Source: Cenococcum geophilum
Taxonomy: Eukaryota
Assembly (NCBI GenBank): GCA_050273025.1
Contig: CP158636.1
Span: 5,766,001-5,830,000, forward strand
DNA length: 64,000 nucleotides
Direction: 5' to 3'
This document shows, in pieces, positions 10,907 to 22,630 of this stretch (position 1 is its first letter; every line of letters begins with the position of its first letter). The position numbers and the translations under genes were made by a program. Below the pieces are notes generated by a model, which ran no database searches, had not been told where the DNA came from, and saw only the letters and a list, made by a program, of their open reading frames with translations.

Positions 10907-11871
10907 TCATGCTGGATCCGCAACTAATCTAATCTTAATTCGTAACCGAATCCAATCTTAATTCGTAACCGCTCCCGCCTCGCCGGCATTGCTCCATCAG
11001 TTCCTACGCCGAGTTCCTCTAGAAGTGCATTCAGCGTAACAGAGTCCATCCGCCTAAGGGTGAGTTCGGTTGCAAAACTTTAGATTAGGTCTGAACTGAA
11101 AGTCCGGCAGAAAAGGACGCGTTCCTTCCTAATTTGGTACGTGTTTGTGGCTTTGTAAAAGCACGGGCGTGTGCAATCTGGAGGCTTCAGATTGAGACTG
11201 AATCCGATCTGGAACTCATACCTCTATATTGAACTGACACCAAGACCTTCAGTTTAGAAGTTTCATACGGTAAAGTTGCTAACTTTTAGTGCTCTTTTAG
11301 CGTGTAATTCTGGCGTTCTTCGAGCGGTGAGAGGAATATTAAAATTTTGAGGCTGTGTAGGCAAAATCACTCCGAATCAAAGGATTCTGAACTGAATCTG
11401 GGCCTCCAGATTGCAACCGAACGCACCCTAATTTCTCTAGAATTGTTGGGAAATCCCGCGATGGGAACGTTGGTTTCGGGATTATGCATTCTTAAGAGAG
11501 GTGATCGGGATGTTAATACACGGGAGTCTTGTAAGCGGACACTACTATTATGTTCTCTGTACAGTTAAATTAAACTGTTAGCATTGTATTTGCATGTCAT
11601 TTAAGGGTGTATACGAAATATACGCCGTTTGCTGCCTTGTATCTATGACATCTAGTCTTCCGACTATGCCATCGAGTCTTTGCTCCACGCCATCAAATCT
11701 GCTCTCGAGCCCCTTGATAGCAGCAAGGATGGCGTCACCATTAATCTTCTCTAAATAGCCACGTTGACCTTGTTCGACTTGCTCCTGGTATTGACGCAAA
11801 CGTTTGAAGTCAGGCGGTAAGCCAAGCGTAGCTTGAGGGGATGAGCTAACTTGAGAGGTTGAGCTAGACAT
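10907..11871 (-). pseudogene. Small coiled-coil protein gene (Mug135-C-terminal-like family) disrupted by a MITE
   Basis: Exon 1 11871-11624, GT-AG intron 11623-11557 with GCTAAC. Removing the MITE and one TAA restores ...PIAGFPNNSREIRRMDSVTLNALLEELGVGTDGAMPARRERLRIKI. A 23-bp tandem duplication at ~10930-10970 shifts the C-terminus. Family call from motif resemblance only. Confidence 0.7.
11058..11428. mobile_element. PIF/Harbinger-type MITE
   Basis: TIR GGGTGAGTTCGGTTGCAA / TTGCAACCGAACGCACCC; 3-bp TSD TAA (11055-11057, 11429-11431); its removal restores the host reading frame. Confidence 0.87.
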
Positions 11872-11979
11872 AGTTGGAGAGGGTGTACAAGTATGATGAT
11901 TGCGTAATGAGGATTATGTGGTATATAGCTCACATGTGAGGTTGTTGTGAAGTTGGTGAAAAGAGGACGGGTGGAGTGA

Positions 11980-12877
11980 TATTCCGCAAGCGAGTTATCG
12001 ACACAAGCGAGTTATCGACTTTTTGTAAGGCATATTGCCTGAGTTACAGGAAAGTCGATGGAAAAGAGGACGATATGGTAAAGAGTATGGCAATAGCCTC
12101 GTACAGAGATGAACTAATGAGGAGGGAAGGGCTGCAGGCCCGAAGAGCTTATAAGGATGTGCCAAGGGCTAGCCGAAGGCTAGCCTGGGCAGCCCCTGAG
12201 AGCTCCCGGGCCTAGTAAGGGATACCCCTTACACTTTTTTACATATTTTATAATAATATTTAACCACAACACAATAATAAATAAATGTTTTCTATATGGG
12301 CTTATTTATTGGCGTTTAGGGCATGTATGGGTGTTATATTGTAAAAAATTATATAAACTATCCCTTGACCTGTCAGCGTCCAACGAGTAAGTGGTCCGTG
12401 CGCAAACACTAGTTTTGAACAACGCGCGTATCTATATTGATTCCATCAATTAATTACCTACCACAATGTAAAATACGGTTCTACGGGAAGGATAAGTGCT
12501 AGCAACCTCATATCGAGCGACTTAACTCCTAAATTAAGTGTGTATATCAAATTACTATATAATCAAAAGCTTTATAATCCTCAATACGGGCGTTAAATTC
12601 AGCTCGATTGATTTGCTAGTTCTTATCGATAACCGTTGGACGCGAATTGACGGGTCAAGGGATATCTTGGTGGAGCCCTCTGCCGTATACTATTTAACTC
12701 TGCTGCTGCGGCAGAATTAATAGTTCAAAATTGACCGTTGCGACACGCGTTTAGGGCTAATGAGTATCTACCGTTTCTTTCTGAAGTTGGTAAAGGCATT
12801 GCATTATAAGTTATTTAAGAAATAAGATCTATCGCGTCGTGTATGCAAAAAGTCGATAACTCGCTTGTGGAATACGT
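11980..12877 (-). mobile_element. Internally deleted Fot1/Pogo-like DNA transposon remnant
   Basis: Inverted ends TATTCCGCAAGCGAGTTATCGAC (subterminal repeat duplicated) and GTCGATAACTCGCTTGTGGAATACGT|TA. Minus-strand relic RYSLALNACRNGQF*TINSAAA resembles the Pogo N-terminal HTH. Left terminus is degenerate. Confidence 0.6.
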
Positions 12878-13249
12878 TATAAAGTGCGGAATTACATAAG
12901 CTCGCAGAAATGCTCGCTCCCTAATGCGTCGCGACTTCGCAGGCACCAATCCCCCCATTGTTTACTGGGCGCATAGTACCTCAAAAGTCTCCGAGTTTTA
13001 CCCATTTCCTACCAAAACTCACGAGGAGAGATAAAAGGACATAACATTCCAACCTGACTCCGAAAACCAATACTCCGCATCCCTAGGGCCTACGGAAGGA
13101 AAGATGCATTATGCAACCGGTGTACGCCACCAACACTTGCCAAAAGACACCAAGGTCAAGTCCAACACCAACAAAATAACTAGTGAATATGAACTAAACC
13201 AAACACGCTATCCAATAGCCCAGAGACACGGCTCGGAGCAGGATTAAAA

Positions 13250-16200
13250 TCAGCGCCATACACCCTTCGAACCACCCATCAAGCTCCCGCGCGAGCTAGT
13301 AGGAGGGTTAACACTGCTCAACCTCACAGGCCCGCTCCTCAGTCCTGAGCTCTCCCTCACTCGGTCCTCACCAGTCCCAACAGTCGTCCGCCTCGCTGCG
13401 CCTTTTAGGATCGGCGCGGTGCGTGGGCTTAATACACTGGTCTTCCACTCGCCATCTCGCTCGCTCTTGACCATCCTCCGTGCATGGCTAGCAGTGAAGA
13501 GAGCGTTCTCGCTCGGCGGGCTGCACGATGTAGCCGTAGGGCTTCGGCGCCGATGGGTACGGCTCACGCCTGTAAATGAGCCCTGGCTGACTGATGATGT
13601 GCGTTTGATGGCTGAGCGAATCTTTCGGGCGTCGGACTGGTTAACACTCCATTTCTCTTCATCTGAGGACGATGAGTTGCCGCAGCTCTCTGATGGTGTG
13701 ACATCCGATGAACTTGGGATATTTTCAATAATGTGTAGAGCAGATCGATACGGGGCTGCATTGGTAGCCATTTCTCGTAGAGGGGAGTGTTCAGAGTCGG
13801 AAGAGAAGTTAGCAAGGGTTGGAGCAACGGGAGAACCGTCCGATTTCTTGGATAAGAAGCCGGTTTGGAATCTACTGGAGCGGGGTTTGATGTCAAGGGA
13901 GGCTTCTGGAGGTGTTGGGATGGGTGAGGAGTTGTTCGGATCGGGTACTGAGACGAGACTGGGCATCATAGGTGGCGGCAACTCCATGGAGGAACTTGTG
14001 GGAGTGGACTCGATTGGCTGCGGAGTTGCTTGGAATTCAGCAAGAGTGCCGTCCTCGGTGTCATCTCTCCATCGTACGCCACGCTTGAGACCTTTGATTG
14101 GCGAACTTTTCTTGGGCGTGAACTGGATCCCTTTCTTTGCGGCGCCCAACTTCCGCCTCCTTGGAGATGCTTTCACAGGCGAAGAAGTTAGATGGGGCGC
14201 GTCCACCAGAGTTGGCATAGCCACAGGACGCATTGGTGATGGACCCATGATGTTCACCGGTTTCCTCCTCTTGGGGGTACCATGGCGAGTTGGTGCGAAT
14301 ACTTCTGTAATAGGAAGGCCGCCATCAGGCTTGATCACTTGCGATGTAGCATCAGAGCAGGATGTCACAATCCTGGCAAGTAACTTCCTCGCCGCTTGAA
14401 CCGCCTCTCCCTCATCCATTGTCATGATCTGGCTGAGAATTGCCACGGTCTCGAAGTGTGCTTGTAGGAGTACCTGGACGATAGCCGCATCGCCACCCTT
14501 CTCTTGTTCAAGAACACTTGTATAGGCTTCCCGATCCGCAATCGATTTTAGGAGCTCAGCCTCTCTTGTCAAACTGGCAACATCACTGCCATCGGTGGCG
14601 CCATCAACTTCTTGAAGCTGCCGAAGCCCAGTCTGCAGCGCTGTTTCGATGGCTCGTTCCCAGTTGTTCTTCGACATCCGCTGATGGTAATGTTGTCGGC
14701 TACCTTCAAGCTCCGTCTGGATCCCTAGTGCAGTCTTTCGCATAGCCAATAAGCCTCGTGGCGGGTCCTCATCTTCGCGTGTCTCGCACACAGTATCGAA
14801 ACCCGCAATCCAAGCCGAAATCATAGAAATACGTCTCTCAATCTGCCTTAATTTCTTCATCATGCTTGTCCTCTCTTGTCGTTCTGCTGATGAATGTTCG
14901 TATGCAGCTCGTATGCGGATGATGCCTTCTCGAGCAATGCCTTCTCTCTTCTCGCTCTGCTTCTTGAACTTGGCGTAAGAGCTCCCTTCGCTGTCTTTTT
15001 GCTGCCTCATCAGCTCATCGATTAGAGCGCGTTGTTCATCAATCTTCTTGAGGTAGTCCTTAACGTGACGGTTAACGTTAAACACGTTCTTGGTAGCCTT
15101 CGTCTGGATATTCTTTGCCCGATTCGCATAACGAAGCGTATTTTGTGTCTCATCGAAGTGGGCACTTGATGGACTAACGCATACAATCATGACTGTGCGA
15201 CAATTACCGCCGAGGGAAAACTTAAGTAACCGGGTGAGTTTTGAATTCCGGTACGGGATGTGGTTGCGCTTGTGTGGGTCGCACAATGCGTTGATACAAC
15301 TTCCAAGTGCGAGAAGAGATTTGTTGATGTTAGCGCCTTCAAGTAACCTCTCTCCGCGGTTCTTCGTTGCGCTAGCACGCTCACTTCCTGCGAGATCTAT
15401 TATACTTAGTGTTGCCATTGTGTGTGGTTCATTAACAGCTGCATTGCGGTCTTTGGATGACACATTGATCTGTAGAACGGCGTGAGATCGAGAGGAGGTA
15501 GCATTTGCTTCAGTTGGCGACATTGTTCGGTACTCGTTGCCTCGGACTATTATGTCCATGACTTCTTGTACCTAGCAAAGGTGTTAACCCACGTATCTCA
15601 ACTTGAGAGAATGCGCTTACATTTTGAGGGCGGTGGCTGGAAAGGCCGGCGACTGAGACAGCTTGGTTCGCATCCTCGCGGAGCATCAGTCCTTGCTTGC
15701 TTCCACCTGGCACAAGTAGATCTCGTATAGTCTCGTTATATATTTCAAGGTAAGAAAGTGTGATTTCCGTGACCTTTTCTTCCTGCATTTCGCCTATCCG
15801 CTCGAATAACTCTTGCATTGTGAGAAAGATGATGCCAGGTTGTTGCGCGGTTCCGCTATTTCATCGTTAGCCGTGACCCATTCCCGAAGAGCTTCCTCGG
15901 CGTACGTAATTGTATGTGTCTTGCCGCAACCTGTAGCACCATACGCGAAGACTGTTGCATTGTAACCCTCTAATACGCTATCCAGAAGAGACCTTGTGGT
16001 GGCTTCATAAACATCCCCCTGTGTTGTGTTTTCGTCGAAGACACGGTCGAAAGCGAAGGTTTGATCTTTGACCCTTTTCCCTTGTGGCACTACCGATCTT
16101 GAGAATCGTTGTACCGGGTTATCTTCAGGTGGATCGAATATCCTATATCAATTGTTAGCTCTTAACCGTCCTAAGGGGGGCCGATTGGATCCCTACAAGC

Positions 16201-16396
16201 ACTTCTCGTCGACAACTTTAATGACAGGCCGTATTCCCTTTTGATATAATTTTGGTGTAGGTGCAGCTGCAAGTGAGCCGTCTCCAAGAAATAGTGTATG
16301 GTCGTCGCATTTTGCTAATTGTGCTGCTTCTCTAATAGTGAACGGTCGGACTCGTACAGTGACGGAGATGGAGGACGCGCCGTCGATGGCGGCCAT
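13250..16396 (-). CDS. kipB: Kinesin-8 family motor (KipB/Kip3-like), about 4 exons
   Basis: SVTVRVRP, FAFDRVF, P-loop AYGATGCGKTHT, YLEIYNE, NATSSRSHA, IIDLAGSER and HIPYRNSKLTRLL across the ORF fragments at 16396, 16090, 15818 and 15559. Confidence 0.93.
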
Positions 16397-17318
16397 GTTT
16401 GGAAGAATTAGATTTCAGAAACACTAAGACTGCAAGAATGAGCTCTTAAATTATTCTGGGTGGTAGTCCTGAGAGAAGGCTGTTCTTTGGTTATGGAGAA
16501 GAAGTACAATGAGCTGTATGTTTTGATGGAGTTCTGTTGATTCTTAACCTGGTTTGGTAAAGCGCGCCAAGCCCCTGCAACCCTGAATCATGGCGATGTT
16601 TCAATCCCAACCAACGGAGTTGGCCACGACTAAATCGCCCCGTGAATAGACTATTATAGTGGGTTGCCTGAAGAAAACAATATGAATGCTCTAGTTTCCA
16701 TCGAGACCACCGCTGGAGATCATACAACTACGTCGTGACGCCCCATCGTTGATGTAGGCGAGCTAGGAGACGACCATCGTGAGGCAAGATGGTAAACAAC
16801 GAGCTTTGACGACTAATTCCCGGAAAAGATCCTACAGATTAGGACTTTTAGATTTTTTTTTATAAATTGCTTTCTTTGGTAGCGGTATGCTACTATCTCT
16901 CTTTCGTTCAACTTTCTTGCGTAGGTGCCTCTCCGCGACGAGCCCTCTTTGAGGGTGGGTTTTCCAAATAACGAAGGCTTTCGACGTGGGGAGATGACGA
17001 GCCTGCAAGCGGAGCGTTCACCTACTGGCCAATTTGGGTGAACAACCCTTTTCTCAACCTCTTCAAATATATTCCCACTTCGCACTATATGCTGCTTACT
17101 CTTTCCTGCTCACAACGCAAACGTCCAGCCCCTCATCTCATGGCCATAAAGACAACCTAAGCCTCAGAAAAACCATAGACATTCTTAATCTGTCAGATTT
17201 AGTACCACGAGAGGTTAAGGCCAATACTCCACTCCAGTGGCTGTGCGTAAGAATTGGTTCCAAGCCAACACTTTAAGACGACTAACTCGAGTATTGTAGG
17301 ATTGCACCCACGCCGCAT

Positions 17319-18053
17319 ATGAGCGTTCAGATGAAATCTTATTACAAAGAGAGCTGCAAATCCGAAAGCGAGGATGGCCTGAAGAATATTTTAGTCAGTC
17401 AAGATGATCCAGCGGATAACAATAAGCAAGGAATCGATAATGACATTGTCGCGGTCACCGTTGGCACCGTTTTACACGATCCCACAATGTTCTATGTCCC
17501 CAAGCACCTCATTTGCAGCTACTCTTTCTTCTTCAAGCTTGTTTGCAGCCGTCCCATGACACCGTGGGTCCAGCATCGGGTCGAATTTCCTGAGGAAGAC
17601 CCAGCTATCTTCTCAATCTTCGTCAAATGGCTCTATACCCGCACCATCAAAATTCCGGACTCAGTCAATAACATGATAAAGTATATCATTTCCATCTACA
17701 CGCTCGCCGATCGTCTCCGAGCAACAGCACTGAAAAATTCCTTGATCGATTTACTCGTGGTTATTTACAGCGAAGAAGCAAACGTGCTAGACATATCCGA
17801 TATCGCACTCATCTACGCCAACACATTCACTGGCTCAGGCCTCCGGCGTTGGGCTGTGGATGAATATCCTCGCTTACGAGAGAACATACAGCATGCATCC
17901 TGGGAAAACTATGGCAAGCAATGTCCGGAGTTCTTTTTCGATTTGGCGAAGGCTTCATTCAATGAACAAGCTCCGATACCAAACCCTGCTAGTGACCCCA
18001 GACGCTATCACGACCATGATGGAGTTACCCATGCCGGCTGTTGCAACTACTGA
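17319..18053 (+). CDS. BTB/POZ domain protein
   Basis: VTVG...FYVPKHLICSYSFFF...FPEEDPAIFSIFVKWLYT...IYTLADRL. An acceptor at ~17299 suggests an upstream exon, so the start is uncertain. Confidence 0.8.
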   Translation: MSVQMKSYYKESCKSESEDGLKNILVSQDDPADNNKQGIDNDIVAVTVGTVLHDPTMFYVPKHLICSYSFFFKLVCSRPMTPWVQHRVEFPEEDPAIFSIFVKWLYTRTIKIPDSVNNMIKYIISIYTLADRLRATALKNSLIDLLVVIYSEEANVLDISDIALIYANTFTGSGLRRWAVDEYPRLRENIQHASWENYGKQCPEFFFDLAKASFNEQAPIPNPASDPRRYHDHDGVTHAGCCNY

Positions 18054-19250
18054 AAATTATGTGAGGCCAACACAGGAAAGTCTGTTGATCTATGAAGCGC
18101 AAAGAGTTATTTTTGGTCAGCTTCTGAATGTCTATTATGGCCTATGGAGAGTTTATTTTTGGAAATTGAGTGAGTTCGCACGACGGTTGAGAAAGCCGGA
18201 TATGAATGAAGTGCATCTGCGAGTGTTGTGTTTGAATGATCGAATACCGAAGCTAGCTTAGGTTTTTGGCGCCGGATCTTGCATGACTGCTGAGCAATCC
18301 CTGTATTACGCCAAAGCCCTCCATGAGGACCATTCAGGAAGGACAAAAATATGCGATAAGTCAGCGTGCGTCTAGGTTTTTTGTTGGAGCGTTCTGCGCT
18401 ACCAGATTACTTAGTTCCAATACTCCCAAATGACCCTCTAAATACTCAGAGGAAGCGCAAGTATCTCACTTCCGTCAAAATTCCAAAGCGTTCTTGAATA
18501 GCAACTCATACAACTCTGTGGTTGAGCGCAAAACAAGTTCCATCTGCCCTTCAGCCTACCTTCTAGTCTTAGTCAAGTACTCTGCATAGATGGAGCTTGA
18601 ATTGAACAAAACTTCCGACTGTTGCATCTGGACCCGCACGCGGCGCATCGTTTCTAAAAGCAGAAGTCAGCGCCGGGGGGTCCACCACCCAAAGCAGTTC
18701 GTATTCCAACCGCCACTGCGAGCTTGTCTAGACGACAGCGGCAACCCCACAACACGCTGCCCTCGACACTCATAGATCAATAAATCCAGACTCGGCTGCA
18801 TTGCGCAGCAACGGCAATGATCATCGCCACAAGCATCTCGGCCATCAAGGATATTTACATCAGAAACGGCCGGCTGACAAAGGGGACACATAGCATTCGT
18901 GGCGAGCAGCAGCGCAAACCAGGTACATGGAACCAGTGCATTCAGGAAGTGCACACACCATTTGTAAAAGCAGGTTCATATATATATAACGAATATGCAC
19001 AAACAGCTGAAACTTTGGCTCACTTCAGCTGAGTCCCTGGCACCCCGGCGCAGTACACGCAGAGGCTGACTACCTTTTGACAAAGCCTCATCCCATCCCG
19101 CACCTACACCAAACCGAAACAGAAAACTTCCCGTTAGGTCATTGCACTCGCTTAGTTACTTGGTTAAAATTTCAAAATTCAGAAATTCCTGGATTCCCAT
19201 CTATCCCTGCAGATCGCGATACATCCCCCCGTTTCGGGCCGGGTTTGAAT

Positions 19251-19715
19251 TTATAAAGTACAAGTCTGCTAGTTGGCGTACACAATTTGTGTGGATCTGG
19301 CGTAAGGAGAGTCCGTGGTGAAAAGACTCGAGGATGACGAGTTTGTGCTGGTCAGGCGGACCTAGGAGTTGATGTTGAGCATGCCCTCGGCACCGCATGG
19401 TGACCAGATGATGGGTGTGCTATCGGCCGTATTGTACTTCAGGCAGTCACCGTCCACGGGGCCCACGAAATCGTATTCCGTGCAGGTCTGTCTATAGGCT
19501 GAATCCAAATCTCCTAGGGAATAGGAGAACTTTTTGCTCTGAGGATTTAGATTGAGGAATGCTTACCTGAGCGGTTTGACCGGAGAAGTGATAGGTCGAC
19601 TTGAGCGCACCAGTGATGCCCTTATCAATGGCGGCATAGCCACGATAGTCGGTGCTGAAGACAGAGTACTGGAATCCACCAGGGTAGGTGATATCCACGT
19701 TGAGCTGGCAGTTCT
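19251..19715 (-). pseudogene. 5'-truncated DUF4360-like secreted protein pseudogene
   Basis: NCQLNVDITYPGGFQYSVFSTDYRGYA...YHFSGQ, an intron, then ...IWSPCGAEGMLNINS*VRLT...N*QTC. Two internal TAG stops; N-terminus missing at the hAT end. Confidence 0.75.
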
Positions 19716-20608
19716 CAGGGTTGCAAATCAATCAACTCAACTCGATTAAGGCCCTGAATCGGTTGAATTGAAAGCTTTGTAAGCAGAGAGTCCAGTTAAT
19801 TGAATTAATTGAATCAATATTGAAGTCTTGGCACCTAGTTGCAACTGAATTCAATTGGAGTAGTTAGCAATTATCACGAGTCTTGGCATAGATTTGATGC
19901 GGGAGGACCTACCTGGTGACGCCCAAAATCGTTTCTAACTGCCCTTCCTGTCACCCGGCTCTCAATATAGGCCTATTACGAGTCTTGATATAGTGTTAAC
20001 ACACTCTCCTGCTGCATTATACTGTCTCTTTTATCGCCGGTCGCTTTAACTGCCCATAGGCCCACGACGTCCGCCCGCCGTTAGATGAGGAATATGGTAG
20101 CCAAGAAGACGCTTCCACTTAATTCCTTTATACTCTTCTTGTTAGGAATTGGTGGTAGACGCGTCAGCATTACCATCTAAGCTGTGATCTGAGACGCGCT
20201 GGAGGTCGGTAGGTGCGATAGGGTCAGAACGAGCTGTAGAAAGGATTGAGGTGTTCGTTTGGCCATCATCTGACGCGTTAGAAGCCATGGTAGTAATAGA
20301 ATTAATATTGTTAATGGGCAAATCCGGTAGCAAAGTTCTTCTACTGGAGGCGATATAACGGTGTAAACATAGGGTAATGCTCGGGTAAACTTTTTTGATA
20401 AGGGAGACTAAGAAAAATAAGGTTTGGAGCATTATGACTTGTTAATATTTCTATAATATTAAAAGATTCAATATTTGTCAACCGATTCAATTCAATTGGG
20501 ACTTCCAAATCGATTGAATTGAAAAGCCAGTAAACCCTCAATCGGTTGAATTGAGTGCCAAGATTCAATCGATTCAATTCAATATTGAAATCTTGTTAAT
20601 TGACCTTG
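19716..20608 (-). mobile_element. Internally deleted hAT-like transposon
   Basis: Ends CAGGGTTG / (minus) CAAGGTCA with dense ATTGAATTG/TTCAATC subterminal repeats at both ends. Minus-strand relic MASNASDD...YKGIKWKRLLGY resembles fungal hAT transposase N-termini. No TSD found. Confidence 0.6.
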
Positions 20609-22630
20609 ACGACCTAAAGATGGCTTTAGCCTGACGCTAACATAAGTGGCGTGCATTAACTACTAGCGGTGGCTTCTACGTCTACTCCCTTGACGACCTT
20701 AAGATGGTCGTTGTTTAATGCTGCGTTCAGTGGCGTCCGTCCACTACTATCGGTGGCTGCTACGTCTGCTCCCTTCTCCAAAAGCAGCTGGACGACTTCG
20801 AGATGGCCGTTATTTAACGCTGCGTTTAGTGGCGTTTGTTCACTACTGGCGGTGGCTACTACGTCTGCCCCCTTCTCTAAAAGCAGCCGGACGACTTCAA
20901 GATGGCCGTTATTTAACGCTGCGTTCAGTGGTGTCCATCCATTATTATTAGCGGCGGCCATATCTGCTCCTTTCTCCAGAAGAAGCCGGACGACCTCAAG
21001 ATGGCCGTTATTTGATGCTGAGTTAAGTAGTGTCCATCCATTGTTATTGGCCACGGCCATATCTGCTCCCTTCTCTAGTAGTAGCTTAACAACCTCAAGA
21101 TGGCCGTTGTTTAATACTAAGTTAAGTGGTGTCCATCTACTAGCATTAGTAGCGGCTGTGTCTGCTCCCTTCTCTAAAAGAAGCCGGACAACTTCAAGAT
21201 AGCCGCTGTCTAACGCTAAGTTAAATAGTATCCATTTATTGTCACTGGCGACGGCTATATCTGCTCCCTTCTCTAAAAGAAGCCGGACGACTTCAAGATA
21301 GCCGCTGTATAACGCTAAGTTAAGTGATGTCCATTTATTGTCATTAGCGACGGCTGTGTCTACTCCCTTCTCTAAAAGAAGCCGGACGACTTCGAGATGG
21401 CCGCTATATAACGCTAAGTTAAGTGGTGTCCATTTATTGTCACTGGCGACGGCTATATCTACTCCTTTCTCCAGAAGAAGCCGGACGACTTCGAGATGGC
21501 CGCTGTATGACGCTAAGTTAAGCGGTGTCCATCCATTATTACTGGCGACGGCTATATCTGCTCCTTTCTCCAGAAGAAGCCGGACGACTTTAAAATAGCC
21601 ACTACCTGACGCTAAGTTGAGTGGTGTCCATCTATCGTTATTGGCGACGGCTATATCTGCTCCTTTCTCCAGAAGAAGCCGGACGACTTCAAGATAGCCG
21701 CTGCCTGACGCTGAGTTAAGTGGTATCCATCCACCGCTATTGGCGACGGCTATATCTGCTCCTTTCTCCAGAAGAAGCCGGACGACTTCAAGATGGCCGC
21801 TATTTAACGCTAAATTAAGTAGTGTCCATCCATCGTCATTGGCGACGGCTATGTCTGCTCCTTTCTCCAGAAGAAGCCGGACGACTTTAAGATGGCCGCT
21901 GTCTAACGCTGAGTTGAGTGGTGTCTATCCACCGCCATTGGCGACGGCTATATCTGCTCCTTTCTTTAGAAGAAGCCGGACGACTTTAAGATGGCCGCTG
22001 CCTAACGCTGAGTTAAGTGGTGTCCATCCATCGTCATTGGCGACGGCTATATCTGCTCCTTTCTCTAGAAGAAGCCGGACGACTTTAAGATGGCCGCTGT
22101 ATAACGCTGAGTTAAGTGGTGTCCATCCATTGTTACTGGCGACGGCTATATCTGCTCCTTTCTCCAGAAGAAGCCGGACGACTTTAAGATGGCCGCTGCC
22201 TGACGCTGAGTTGAGTGGTGTCCATCCACCGCCATTGGCGATGGCTATATCTGCTCCTTTCTCTAGAAGAAGTCGGACAACTTCAAGATGGCCGCTATCT
22301 GACGCTAAATTGAGTGGTGTCCATCCATCATCATTGGCGACGGCTATGTCTGCTCCTTTCTCCAGAAGAAGCTGGACGACTTCAAGATGGCCGCTGTCTA
22401 ACGCTGAGTTGAGTGGTGTCCATCCACCGCCATTAACGACGGCTATATCTGCTCCTTTCTCTAGAAGAAGCCGGACGACTTTGAGATAGCCGCTGTCTGA
22501 CGCTAAGTTAAGTGATGTCCATCCATCGTCATTGGCGACGGCTGTGTCTGCTCCTTTCTCTAGAAGAAGCCGGACGACCTCGATATGGCCGTTGTCTGAC
22601 GCTGCGTGTAGTGGTGTCCACTTATATTTG
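20609..22630 (-). repeat. High-internal-conservation ankyrin array, about 20 x 99 bp
   Basis: GWTPLN.A...GHL.VVRLLLEKGAD units at 99-bp spacing, with many transition differences between units. Confidence 0.95.

Noticed and set aside
12150..12216. Helitron 3' end (hairpin then CTAGT)
   Set aside because: The hairpin is present, but its spacing is atypical and there is no 5' TC end or Rep/Hel relic.
13419..14399. Long antisense ORFs over kinesin, ANK, TPR, IMPDH and NUDIX genes
   Set aside because: Shadow frames of real coding or repeat sequence.
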